Source: Felis catus
Lineage: Eukaryota
Direction of reading: 5' to 3'
NCBI RefSeq assembly: GCF_018350175.1
Contig: NC_058368.1
Coordinates: forward strand, 29,576,001 to 29,640,000
Length of the DNA stretch: 64,000 nt
Shown here one piece after another: positions 11,029 through 22,813 of this stretch. How positions within the stretch are numbered: position 1 is the first letter of the stretch; each line of letters opens with the position of its first letter. Under the pieces are notes generated by a model, which ran no database searches, was not told where the DNA came from, and saw nothing but the letters and a program-made list of their open reading frames with translations. A program made the position numbers and the translations under genes.

Positions 11029-12811
11029 AGAATATAATGGGCAAAATAATAAACGACAGCATTTTCAGTAAGTAGGGCTGGGTCACTCAGATATCCATAT
11101 TGGGGGAAAAGAGCTTTGATCTCAGGCTCATACCTTCCTCAAAAATTAACGAGATAAATCATAGTCCTGGATGTCAAACCTAAATTAATAAGGCATCTAG
11201 AAGAGAACACAGAATAGCCTCATGCCCTTGGAGTAGGTGAAGCCTTATTAATATGACACAAAAAGCACTGATCCTAAAAGATCAGCAAACCCAGCCAGTT
11301 TTACATCACATATTTCTGCTCTTACCTTTCTGTCCATCCCTACAATTACTGACCTATGTAAGAGGGTCATTTTGGCTTGAAACACAGCAGTTGTGCCCAA
11401 CAACTGTTCTTTTCCCTTTAACCATTCTTCCACAGCACAGAGACAATAACATACTTTTAAAAATGCAAATGTGACTGTTAAGGCCTGTTTAAGTTAGAAA
11501 TCCTGTAATGGGTTAGCATCGTTAAGAACATCACATCCAAGCTCCTCAGAAGACCACATCTAGCCGTTTATGACCTGGCATTTCACCTGACTTGAATTTT
11601 GGCTCTACCAATTTTAGAGTTCATATCATCGTTTTTCTAACACATGTTCTTGTCTGTCCTAATTCTAATTTAGCTTTTGAGGCTGCGGCTCGGGTATCAC
11701 ACCTTTGAGAAATCCATCCTTATACCTTTTTTTGGGCTGAGTGCCTGTCCTTGCTATTATGGCTATTCCCATTCACGTTAGCATTTAAAACAATAAGTTT
11801 AAATTTCTGGAGAGGATATTAACATCTTTGAATCCCAGGGCTTAGCTTAGATTTTGGATGTAGTAGACACTCAAGTTCATTTACTTGTTTAATGTCTACT
11901 GACTGGGCAGCTCGCTCCCACTTCCTCCTCCTTCCTCCACCCCTAGTCCATGGAACTTGCTAGAAGCTTCCATCAGATCTTCGTGTGCCAAAGGGCGGTG
12001 AGAGAGGACAGGTCCTGACTAGATTGGAAAAGTAAAACAGTACTGACACAATATTAGGCCACCTTCCTCCCTTTGGTGCCTTTAGACGTAATAAGTTTTC
12101 TTCTCACTCGGGGAAGCCAACTAGGAAAAAAGCCTGCGGCTGTGGAGTCCTGGGTAATGGAATAGTACACGCGAACCGGAACCAAAGTGCATCCTTCAGT
12201 TTAGCATCTGCAAGGGCAGGACGATTTCCGGCAAGTCCTTGTCCGTTAGGATTCCCAGCGCATAAATCACAGGAACTACGCACAGGCCGGAACTACGCTC
12301 CCGGAAAAGACACGTAGTGCAGAATGACGTCACAGGTCATGAAAGCCTCGGCTGCCTCGGGGAGCCATGATAAGAATTATAGTGAGCTGTGGTGAAAATG
12401 GAGCCCGATGTGGCTTATTATTAATAGACGTGCAAAACTTTCCCAAGCGTCACACGCTCCTGGGGAATAACAGTATGGTACAAAAATGCTTTTGAACTAC
12501 TACCCCCGAAGGCTCTGTTGGAGTGCGGAGACGTGAATGGCCCACGCGTCCGTAACCATGGCTGCGAAGGGCGGGGACTGGGAGTGTTGGTCACGGGACG
12601 CGGCCGGCCGCGAGACTCAGTCCTCCACGGTCCCAGCCCGCCCTGCGCTCGCTTTTCGTTTCCCCTCCCCCCGCCGCACGCTGCGTGGCTGCTCGTTGGC
12701 TACTTAGGACGGAAGCTCAGTTTGTGTTTCTCCAGAAGTTTCCCCCTTGGGCGGCGGCGCAGCTCGTAACCTCGGTGGTAGCAGCTCTAACAGCAACAGC
12801 GATTATTAGGG

Positions 12812-12849
12812 ATGGCGGCAGCTGCAGCAGAACCTGCAACAGCCCAGAA
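12812..12849 (+). CDS. SUGT1: SUGT1 (SGT1 homolog, HSP90 co-chaperone) coding exon 1
   Basis: gggATGGcg Kozak context; MAAAAAEPATAQ(K); donor AA|GTGCGT; 38 nt. Confidence 0.9.
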
Positions 12850-12941
12850 GTGCGTGTTTTTATTCTTTTCGCTAATTATTTTTTATCTCCCCCTCCCACT
12901 CACCCTCTCCTTAGTGAGCATGTCGTTGTTTTCGCTGGCAG

Positions 12942-12999
12942 GTTTTTCCGGAGCTTCTCAGATGCTCTGATCGACGAGGACCCCCAGGCGGCGTTAGAG
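12942..12999 (+). CDS. SUGT1: SUGT1 exon 2
   Basis: cAG|G after a 92-nt intron; FFRSFSDALIDEDPQAALE; donor GAG|GTGAGA; 58 nt. Confidence 0.95.
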
Positions 13000-13894
13000 G
13001 TGAGAGAATCAGTCTCCGCTTCCTCCACTCTTCTTGGGAGAGCGCGGCCCCCACGGGTTCCAGCGGACCCCGCCTTTTCTCAGCACTGCCTTCCTGGGAT
13101 CGGGGTTACTGTTGATGTTGTGTATCATCCTTAATCCTGACAGTGTCCGTCTGTCCTCGGTTCCACAGTGGCCCAGTTACTCCAGACCCTTGTTCATGTC
13201 CCCTCCCAGTTGTAGACCGTTACTGCATCCTCGTAGCTGCTTAGGAATGCCTTCTTTATTTCTTGGGGGCGTAGTTAACCTTCATAGTTGGCCTGGAAAC
13301 AGTTTTGTTTTGTTTTGTTTTTTAATGGCATTTGTGAGTAGGAGAAAAAGTGAAATCGAGGCTTGATTATATTTGTTAATTCGGTTTTCCACTTGATGAT
13401 AATTCTTGCCATCCGTATATACCAGGTGCTGTGCTAAAAAGTGCAGACTGCTGGAACAAAAACCTTTTACCGTGTTCCTGAATATTTCCAGATGTCCTGT
13501 CACTGTTCATTATCCACTCATATATCAGAACTTTTTTTTGGAGTTGCTTTGTACCAGACACTGATTGCTATGGATTAAAGTCTTGTATTATGTCTTGCAT
13601 TTGTATTTACAGGACACTTTGTATTTGTGTGAAGTGGAAGACTGTAAAGGTAGAAAGAAAAGTCAAAAGAGCAAGATTTAAGTAATAATTAAAAGTAATA
13701 AAGAGAGCCCAAGCGAGGGATACATGATGCAATTGGTCGCAAAATACAGCGAGGGCTTTCTTGGTTTGAAGTAGGAGAGAAAGAGGAAACCAAACCTTGT
13801 CCAGTTGTTATATCTAATACAGGTAAGGTTAGCAGTTTGAGGCAAGAGATGTTTTTTTTCTAGCTAGGAGTGCTAAGCGAAATTTGCCACATGC

Positions 13895-14170
13895 GTAGTA
13901 GAGTCTCTCTGAAGAGGTGATGTTTGAACAGAGACCTGAGAGAGGGTGATGTGAAGCTCTGGGGAAAGAGCATTCCAGGTAAGAAAAGAGCCAATGCAAA
14001 GTCATGAGGCTGTCCGACTCAAGGAGGAGCAAAAAGGCCCATTTCACTAGAGGGGGATGAAAGAGGAGTGAGTGATGGTGCCAGGAGGAAGCCAGGGGCC
14101 AGGTCCTTTAGAACCTTTTAAGTTGGGGTGTGTTTTTTTGGGTCTAGATATGAAAGCCCTCTGATAAAAT
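13895..14170 (-). mobile_element. L2 fragment
   Basis: ctctgaagaggtgatgtttgaacagagacctga...ggggaaagagcattccagg. Confidence 0.65.
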
Positions 14171-14782
14171 GGTTGGTTCATCTGTTGTGCTCTGTTTCCC
14201 AGCGAAGCTTCTGGGATCAGGATTAGAATAATGTTACAGGAGGCACTGAGCATTTTTCTCCATAATTCAGTAGGTCATCTAGACAACTGTTAATTTCAGA
14301 AGCTACATTTGTTGTGGTCGTCTTAGCCCCACTTGCCTTCATTGGAAATCTAGCTTATATGGGTTGCTTTTAAAGGATATCGTTGCAATGAATTTTGTCG
14401 TCACTTCTCATCTCCCTTGTTTTAAGAACATTTTTTTGAGGTTGTGTGTATAACATCGTAAGTCTGCAGCTACTGAAGTTGTAGTTTTACACATGCGTAT
14501 ACCCCCCAGATCAAGATGGGGAACACTTCCATCCTGAGAGCTCCCTCATCCTTCTTCCCAGCCAATAATTCCCCTTACCCACCAGGAAAACTCCCATTTT
14601 GATCTCTGTCACCATTAGTTTTGCTTTCTCTTGTACTTCCTATAAACGGAATAACAGACTAGTTACCCAGTTGAGTTTGGTACTGTGTTTTGCTTTAAAC
14701 ATGTGAGATATGTCCATATTGTGTGAAGTAGTTATTTTTTTCCACTGCTGTGTAGTATTTCATTGTTTAAAAATACAGCACA

Positions 14783-14962
14783 GGGGCACGTGGGTGGCTC
14801 AGTTGATTCAGGCCATGATCCCAGGGTCATGGGATTGAGTCCCACCTCCGGCTCCGTGCTCAGCATGGAGCCTGCTTAAGAGTCTTTCTCCTTCTCCTTC
14901 TGGCTTTCCCCCACTCATGCATGTGTGTGCTCTCAAAAAACAAAACAAAACAAAACAAAAAC
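14783..14962 (+). mobile_element. CanSINE with (AAAAC)n tail, inside an old L1 3' fragment
   Basis: Head ggggcacgtgggtggctcag; tail aaaacaaaacaaaac. Confidence 0.85.
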
Positions 14963-15132
14963 AGTTTATACTAACAGTAGATGTTTAGGTTATTTCCAGT
15001 TATTAGCTAGTATGAGTAAAGCCACTGTGAATTTCCTTGTATGTGTATCTTGGTGAACACGTGCACTTTGTTTTGGGGGTATAAACCTAAGAACGAAATT
15101 GCATAGAATAGGCATGTGGTTAGCTTTAGTAC

Positions 15133-15530
15133 CTTGGTTCTTAAACTGTGGCTTTTGAACCAGAAGCATCAGCGTCACCTGGGAATTTATTAGAAATGCA
15201 AATGCTCGGGCCCCACCTCAGATGGACTCAAAGTTCTTACCCTTCATGTGGTCTAGTACTTACCCTTCCATTTTATAGAAGAAAACAGACCCAAAGAAAT
15301 CCAAATGATCTGTCACAAAGATGTATATAACCAGTTAGAGGCAGAATGGGGCCCTCAGGACACAAATTTCCACACTGAGTCTAGTGTTGTAGAAAGTAAT
15401 TCTCAAAAGTATCCTCCCCAGACCACCTGTAGCAGCATTACCTGGGAACTTGCTAGAAATGCACATTCTCAGCACCCACCCCACCTACCTGAGTCAGAAA
15501 CTGGGAGTGGGGAGAACCAGTTGTTTTAAG
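15133..15530. mobile_element. Two MER5A-like hAT MITE fragments flanking a MIR piece
   Basis: agcatcagcgtcacctgggaatttattagaaatgcaaat and agcattacctgggaacttgctagaaatgcacattctc. Confidence 0.7.
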
Positions 15531-15682
15531 AGGAAGTGTTCTTTTTAAAGCTTGAGAAGACCTTCTCATAAAGATGAACAGGTAAATGTTAGTTACTAAG
15601 TAATTGGTAATGATAAGTAAGCCTGAAACCTTGATGAGAGGCTGTTTCTCTCTAGACTTTCTCAAGGGCTGGTTTAGCAGTA

Positions 15683-15992
15683 CCGTTGACCCCTGAACAA
15701 CATGGGTTTGCATTGGCCCACTTATACATGGTTGTGTCCCAGCACATACCTTTCTGTAAATGCTTTTCCCTTGTGATTTTCTTAATTTTTTTCCTCTAGC
15801 TTTATTGTAGGAATATAGTATATAATACATACAACATTCAGGATATGTGTCAGTTGACTGTTTATGTTATTAGTTAGGCTTCTGGTCAATAGAAATCTAT
15901 GGATTAAGTTTTTGGAGAGTTAAAAGTTAGATTGGATTTTTGACTGTGAGGGTCAGTGCCCCTAACACACCTCATTGTTCAAGAGTCAACTA
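15683..15992. mobile_element. Tigger2-family (Tc1/mariner) MITE
   Basis: TIRs ccgttgacccctgaacaa and ttgttcaagagtcaacta; preceded by TA. Confidence 0.8.
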
Positions 15993-16042
15993 GTCATTTT
16001 GAAATTCAGGACACTTGATGTTATATCAATTAAAATGTTAAC

Positions 16043-16248
16043 TTTTTTTTTTTTTTTTTTACACGTTTATTTTGAGAGAGAGTGCAGGAGCCAGTGGGGG
16101 AGGGGCAGAGGCAGAGGGAGAGGTAGAATCCCCAGGCTCCAAGCTGTCAGCACAGAACCCTATGTGGGGCTTGATTTCACAAACTGCAAGATCATGACTT
16201 GAGTTGAGATTAAGAGCCCGATGTTCAACTGAGCCACCCTGGAGCCCC
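16043..16248 (-). mobile_element. CanSINE
   Basis: Antisense body; TSD-like taaaatgtta. Confidence 0.9.
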
Positions 16249-16630
16249 TAAAATGTTACATTTTTATATAAGACTATCCAATTAGGATTAAAGGGGAAAT
16301 GTATCAAGCTGATTCACCTTTTTCATTCATTCAGTATACAATATACATTACTGGTGAATTTTGTGCTGGGAGTCAGGTATCTAAAGATGAAAAGACTGCA
16401 TTGAGGAAGTTTGCATTCTAGTGGAGACAGAGACAAATCAACGGATTAGTAAAACATAAGGTAAATATTCTAATGGAGTGGTGTATGAAGTACACTGAGA
16501 ACATAGCAGAGACTAACTAGGGTAGTCAAACACTTGAACAGGATGTCTCAGCTCACTAGGGAGAGAAAACATATGTATGGATTATGAGATCTTTTGAGAC
16601 CCAGTATAAACAGTTAAGAGCACGGGCTTT

Positions 16631-16733
16631 GGGGGTGCCTGGCTGGCTTAGTTGGTAGAACATGTGACTCTTGATCTTCAGGTCATGAGTTTGAGTTCCA
16701 CACTGGGGGTAAAGTTTAATTAAAAAAAAAAAA
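16631..16733 (+). mobile_element. Short CanSINE
   Basis: tRNA-like head plus A-tail. Confidence 0.8.
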
Positions 16734-16974
16734 ATGAAAGAAAAAAGCAAAGTCTCTGGAATTAGAGTGCTTGGATCCAAAATCCTGGTTTCATAATAAA
16801 TCCATAACCTCAGGAAAATTCCTCTTGTCACTCTGGATCAGGTTTCCCGTGAAGTGGGACTAGATAAGACCTATTGAGATTTCAGCTGAAATGTCATCTC
16901 AGCTTTTTTTCCTAGACCATCCTATCTAAAGTGGGCCCCATTGTAAACTTTAAGGTGGCAGGGGTTTTGTACAT

Positions 16975-17179
16975 CTTTTTTTTTTTTAAACGTTTATTCA
17001 TTTTTAGGAGAGACAAAGCGTGAGCAGGTGAGGGGCAGAGAGAGAGGGAGACACAGAATCTGAAGCAGGCTCCAGGCTCTGAGCTGTCAGCACAGAGCCC
17101 AATGCGGTGCTCGAACCCACGAGCCATGAGATCATGACCTGAGCCGAAGTCAGATGCTTAACTGAGCTGGCAGGCACCC
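16975..17179 (-). mobile_element. CanSINE
   Basis: Antisense SINEC body. Confidence 0.9.
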
Positions 17180-18502
17180 TCCCCCCCCCTCCCCCCATAA
17201 TTCTTGGAACAGTTGAGGTGGGTATTTGCATTTTACTCACAAGGAAGCTGAGGCCAAAGAGATTAACTTGCTCAAGGTTATATAGTTGAGAAGTGATAAG
17301 TCTCTGGGTTCAAGGCATCAAGGTCATCCTCTGGAGGAGGAGGTAGGTATAGGGATGTATAATATAATTAAAGGTTTGGTAGCTGACTTTAAAGATACTG
17401 ACCATTGATAGCTTTGTTGAGAGTGTAGCTGGTTAGCATAACTGTGCAGTGTTACCAGTTGTGCATGGTTGTGTGGTTTTTGTTTTCAGCAGTGCTAGAT
17501 AGTTTAGGAAAGGAGAAGGGTTGACACTCTTGTTTATTATCTATGATTGGGGATTAGCGTGGCTAGAAGAAAAAGGGAAATGGAGTCAAATTGAGATACC
17601 TAGAGCTACATACCTTCAGCAGTTAGGTCCCTCTGAGCAGTCTGCTTTAGCTTTTAACCTTAACAACAAGTTATCTTGTGGAGTAGCATTTTTACAAAGC
17701 CTAAAACTGGAAAGATTTAGAAATTCATTTTCTCAGGTCCAAATTTTAAACAATTTTAATGCCTTAAAAAGGAGGGTTTTTTCCCTTATTTTTTCTGGAT
17801 TATCAGGGTATTTCCTTTGTCATTATCTTGGTAAAGATTTCAGTGTAATTATACTTTAGAGTTCACTGAGTTTCTTTATTTTTAGAACTATAAATTGCTT
17901 GACCATAGCGTAACCCATTTTATGGAAGTATATATCTTTGGACATGTTCACAGTATGTTTCCCATTGGTCTGCATTACATAATGGCCTTTTGCCACTATG
18001 ATTCAAATGTTGGCACTGAAGTCCTTGCCTTCTGAGATACCTTTCTTCAGTCCCTTTGTACTCCAGCAGTGAACAACTGTTGTCACAGAAACAGTAGAAC
18101 TCTCAAAACATGCCACAAGTCAGTTGTAGTTCATACAACCGCAAATTATTGTTTTAACTTCACTTTTTCTGGTTTTATTATACTGTGTATTGCTTATTCA
18201 AAGTAAATTGGTTATTGTAGTTTATGATTTAAATTTGTGTCATAATGTTCAGTTTGTGCTCTGTCCCTTGGTGACTTTTCAAAAATAACAGCCTAACAAG
18301 TAAGTTGTTTTATTTAACTGAATCACGTAACTGTTTCTCCTTAACCAGTTAGTTTGTGCTTTTAAAGGTTATTTGCAAGTTGGTTCTTTGAAATTCAGAA
18401 GTTTTTACTTGACTCCATTTTAATTATCTTTGTACCCCCAGTGTCTGGCCTGGATTTGTTATGTAACATATGTTTAAAAATGCTTTCTAAGTTAATAATC
18501 CC

Positions 18503-18695
18503 CGGGTGCCTGGGTGGCTCAGTCAGTTAAGCGTCTGACTCTTGATTTCGGCTTAGGTCATGATCTCATGGTTTGTGAGATCAAGCCCTGTGTCGGGCTC
18601 TGCACTGACAGCCTGGAGCCTGCTTGGGATTCTCTCTTTCCTTATCTCTCTGCCTCTCCCCCCTCTGTCGCACTCTTAAAACGTTAAAAATAAAA
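18503..18695 (+). mobile_element. CanSINE
   Basis: Head, body, A-rich tail. Confidence 0.88.
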
Positions 18696-19059
18696 CAATT
18701 AGATGATCCAGATATTAATATAATTTATAGTAGCTTTTTTGACCTGAAATGTACCTGTTTTCTTGCTTAGGAGAGGCTAGAAATTTGGTTTGAAGATATA
18801 TTTGAGTAGATAGGTAAGAAGCTATTAGCTCTTTTCAAAATTGTTGAAAGTTTAGTGCAAGATGGTATCATTTAACTTAGGAATTTTAAAGTGTTAGGAA
18901 AACACATTAATAAAATGTCATTGGTGTGTGAAAGATACTTGGAACAACATTACCAAGAGGCAGTGTTTAAAACCATATTTGGAGTCAGGCAGACTGGATT
19001 TGAATCCTGTCTCTGGCACAGCCTCATCACTAACTAGAAAGTAAAGGAATAGATCTTCT

Positions 19060-19400
19060 GTGCATGTCTGGGGGAAAGAGCTTTCCAGTGAGAGAAGCAG
19101 CAGGTGCAGAGTCCTAAGGTGTTTGAAGAACAGCAAGGAGGCCAATTTGCTTAGGGTAGAAGAACAAGGGGAAGAGTAGTAAGAGAGGAGGTTGAAAAGC
19201 TAGCAGAGGGTAGTATCAGGGAGGGCCTTGCAGGTCACTGGACGAACTTGGGCCTTTGTCCTGAGTCAGCGAAAGACATTGGAGCATTTTATGCCTATTG
19301 ATGTAAACCAGATCTTGATTTTCATTATTGCTTGAATCAGGATGGTAGAGGTGAAGATAGTAAAAAATGGTGTGGATCTTAGGTGTGTTGGATTTTGGGT
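19060..19400 (-). mobile_element. L2 fragment
   Basis: ggggaaagagctttccag...gaacagcaaggaggcca...ggagggccttgcaggtcac. Confidence 0.65.
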
Positions 19401-20270
19401 AAATAATTACCATGTATAGTATACATTGCTTTGTGAGAACCACACTACTGGGTTAAAGCAAAATTAATGATGTGTGGCTTTTGAAATGATTTTACCTTTT
19501 AAGAAAACTACCAAATCCCTAGGATGTGTGAGCACTGGGTAGAGAATGAAAGCATTCCTATTGGCCTATATTTGTCACTGGCCGATTGTGATCGTGTTGT
19601 GTCTTCTTGCATGGTTTCAGCTACCACTTAACATACTTTTTTGACTGCCCAGGGTGGCAAACTTTTAATCTGATGTTAAATCTTGATCAATTGATAGTAG
19701 CTTTCTATGAGATATTGTATCTGGGTTTTAAACAGAATGCTGTAATTTCTTAGGGTTGCCTGCCATTGACAGGATAGGAGAGGGCCAGATAAGCTTGATT
19801 GTGTCTTTATTGATTCTGTTAACTTCCCTGAGCTCTAGATTTAACTTCTAGGTTTTGTGTTTGTTTCTTTGTTTTTATTGGACAGCTTTGCATTTTCTAG
19901 GCATGTCAACTTCTACGTGATCTTTGAGTCTTTTCCAAATTAGGAGGAGAAAATCTGTGATGGTCAATGTATATCATCTAAATTCTTCAGAATAAATGAG
20001 GTGATAATAATTACCATTTATTGAGTTTCTACTGTAGGCCAGGAATTGTGCTAAGATACTACATTAGATTGTAGGTTTTGGTGGGGGAGAGCGGAGAAGG
20101 GGAGATACCGACTCTCTTGCAAAGAAAAGCTCCAGACTTACTGTAATTCCCTGTTATCTTTTCTCCAAATAGCTTATGATAATAGGTTATTTGATTAAAA
20201 ATCATGTTTAATTAGAATTCAGTTGCTTTTAAAAAAACATGTACTAACAGTCAACATGTTTATATTTTAG

Positions 20271-20361
20271 GAGCTGACTAAGGCTTTGGAACAGAAACCA
20301 GATGATGCAGAATATTATTGTCAAAGAGCTTATTGTTACATTCTTCTCGGGAATTACTGTG
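20271..20361 (+). CDS. SUGT1: SUGT1 exon 3 (TPR domain)
   Basis: ttttAG|; [30 protein letters not shown]; donor G|GTAACT; branch point TACTAAC at 20242-20248; 91 nt. Confidence 0.96.
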
Positions 20362-21051
20362 GTAACTTTTCTTACTGACTGTATTTTTTCTTAAGTTGTA
20401 AATTTTGCCAAAGATACAGTGAATCATACACAGTAGAGATTATCTTTGAGGATTTTTAAATTGGTCTTTCATACAGGGTGTAAAGTAGCTGAAACATGAC
20501 AAACTTGTTGAGCAACACCCAAACAGATGTTCTGGGTGTCTTTTCTTCCTTCAGTGGGTGGACAATTTATATGGATTTCATTTGTAGTTATTTTATATGC
20601 TAACAAAAAATAGCATTACATTTACTATTTCACAGAGTATTTAAATGAAATGTTCTTATTTGCAATTTTTATAAAAAAGAATACCTTTCTGTATTGTGTA
20701 ACTTTATTCGGGATAGAGAATCTGGGTAGGGAAAAATTAAATACCTTGAGACAAATTACATAAATGATGTTAATGAGAAAATTAGATGAACTTTATCACA
20801 GAGCTTTATTCATTGACTGAATAGCTTTAAAAAGGAAGCTAAATATTAGGCTCATAAGGTATGAGGGTAAAGTTTTTTGAATTATATCTTGGATTAGTTT
20901 TTCCTAATTTAGAAGCATTTGTCCATTTTCAAACTTGAAAACTTAAAAATCTAAGGCTGATTCAAGTTCCGTATGTAACTTGTTAGGATCCACAAATAAC
21001 TGACTAAAAACCCCATTTTTTTTTTAATTTTTTAATTTTTTTTGTATATAG

Positions 21052-21121
21052 ATGCTGTTGCTGATGCAAGGAAATCTCTTGAACTTAATCCAAATAATTC
21101 CATTGCTATGCTGAGAAAAGG
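21052..21121 (+). CDS. SUGT1: SUGT1 exon 4 (TPR domain)
   Basis: poly-T tract plus tAG|; [24 protein letters not shown]; donor GG|GTATGC; 70 nt. Confidence 0.96.
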
Positions 21122-21824
21122 GTATGCAATAACCACTCTTCTTATTGAATCTGGACTATAGATAGTAGGTGTTTAGTTTGTTGAATGAATTAATTTTAAG
21201 TTTTATGTAAATAGTAAATTTTGTATTGATACATTTTATTAATACATTTTACAGCTGAAATAGGATTTAATTTTAAATATAATTTTATACTTCCATAACT
21301 AGTTAGTATGTGATAGGATATATAACTAGTGTTTTTTAAAATAGCAATGATTGGAGTAATTGCAAGATATAGATGAAACTGATGGATTTCATATCCCTTT
21401 TTGTTCATTGTTTGGGATTTACTATATTTAAGTGACTAGAGAATATATTTCTCAACCAAGCTAGACAGGCTACATTTAATGCTGTGAAAGCACTGTATCT
21501 GTGTACTTTATATCCCAGCTTGTTTCTGTTAAGTGTAACTTTATTCTTAAGAAACTTCTTTAATTTCTTAGTGTAACTATATTTTGGAATAAGCAAGTGT
21601 ACATAATTAAAATCAAGGAATTCCTTCTGAAATGAGTTCCAAAATAGGGTTTTAATGGGAGATATATTTAATGTTACAGTATATTAGAAAACTTCTTGGC
21701 TTATTAACATATACTTAAAATATTTCTTTTACCAGTAGAGCATGCTAAGATATTTAATTAGAAAGAAAGCCTTTTTTCATGATCTCACGTGTGTGTGGTA
21801 TTTGTTTTTAATATGCTCATGCAG

Positions 21825-21895
21825 GATATGTGAATACCATGAAAAAAACTTTGCTGCTGCTCTAGAAACTTTTGTAGGAGGACAGAAATTAGATA
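21825..21895 (+). CDS. SUGT1: SUGT1 exon 5 (TPR domain)
   Basis: gcAG|G; ICEYHEKNFAAALETFVGGQKLD; donor A|GTAAGT; 71 nt. Confidence 0.96.
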
Positions 21896-22595
21896 GTAAG
21901 TATTGGAATTGTATGTTAATAAACTAACCCACTATTTCTGTATTTTAAATACCACAGCTCAATTTTGTTAGTGTAATCTCAGATTCATCTCAAGTTCATT
22001 GTAGAAACCCAACATCTTTTTTTCTTTTCTTACTGACATTTCCTGTTGTTTGCAAAATTTGAGTTTACTTAAAATTGATTAAATTGTCCTTTCTTTAGCA
22101 TTTAAATCACAGGTAAACTTTGCCATTAGAAGTTAAAAACTGTATATAAAGACTCAGTGTGCTCCCTTTACTTAGCCTGGCTTTATATTTTTCTGATAGA
22201 CAAGTGAAAGTTTCATTTGTTCTTTTTTCAGAAGTCTATTCAGTTTAAGTTATTATTCAGGTAGCTGAGATAGGAAGTTTTACAGCAGAAATTTTTATAA
22301 GGAAGTGTAGTGTCAGTTTGGGTAAATTGTGATAGGAAGAAACTTGGAGCTTTGAAAGTACTGTGAGTTTTTAACGTCAGCTTCAGAGAAGTATGTGAAA
22401 ATTAGTAGTATGGATATCTCTGCACATGTATAGAAATTGAAAGAGCCAAAAAACCAGAAAAGTCTACAAAATACTGGCAGACAAAAGTTGTAAGTAATCT
22501 CATAGATAATCGTAGACTACAGAATTCTTATTGTGTATTGTGTACTGTCATTTTATCTTCCTCTAATGATAGAGTCTTTTCACAGTTCTCTAGAG

Positions 22596-22813
22596 CAGTG
22601 GTTCCTAACTAGGGATGATTTTACTCCCTTGGGGACATTTGATAATGTCTGAAGAGATTTTTGATGACCATGACTGATGGATGGGGGATGTGCTATTGAC
22701 ATCTAGTGAGGCCAGGGATACTGGTAAACATTCTATGTTGTACAGGATTATTTCCCAGAACAGAGAGAAGTATCTCATCCAAAATATCAGTAGTGCTGAG
22801 GTTATGAATCTCT
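22596..22813 (+). mobile_element. MER20 (hAT-Charlie MITE)
   Basis: cagtggttcctaactagggatgatttt...ggggacatttg...tagtgaggccagggatactg...tcagtagtgctgaggtt. Confidence 0.8.

Larger units (their letters stand above)
9350..11290 (+). mobile_element. Old L1 ORF2 fragments interrupted by four CanSINEs
   Basis: ataaatctaatgaaagatatgtg..ctctacactgaaa; aaatcccagcaggc; gtgtggtactggtac, L1 motifs. Confidence 0.75.
12100..13110 (+). promoter_or_regulatory. SUGT1: SUGT1 CpG-island promoter
   Basis: Dense CpG and GC content over exons 1-2. Full CRE TGACGTCA at 12325-12332, several ETS cores (CCGGAA), ACTAC..TCCC ZNF143/SBS-like motifs, no obvious TATA box. Confidence 0.88.

Noticed and set aside
12518..13366. 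Overlapping GC-rich ORFs (83, 149 and 110 aa)
   Set aside because: By-products of the CpG island; only 12812-12849 and 12942-12999 match SUGT1
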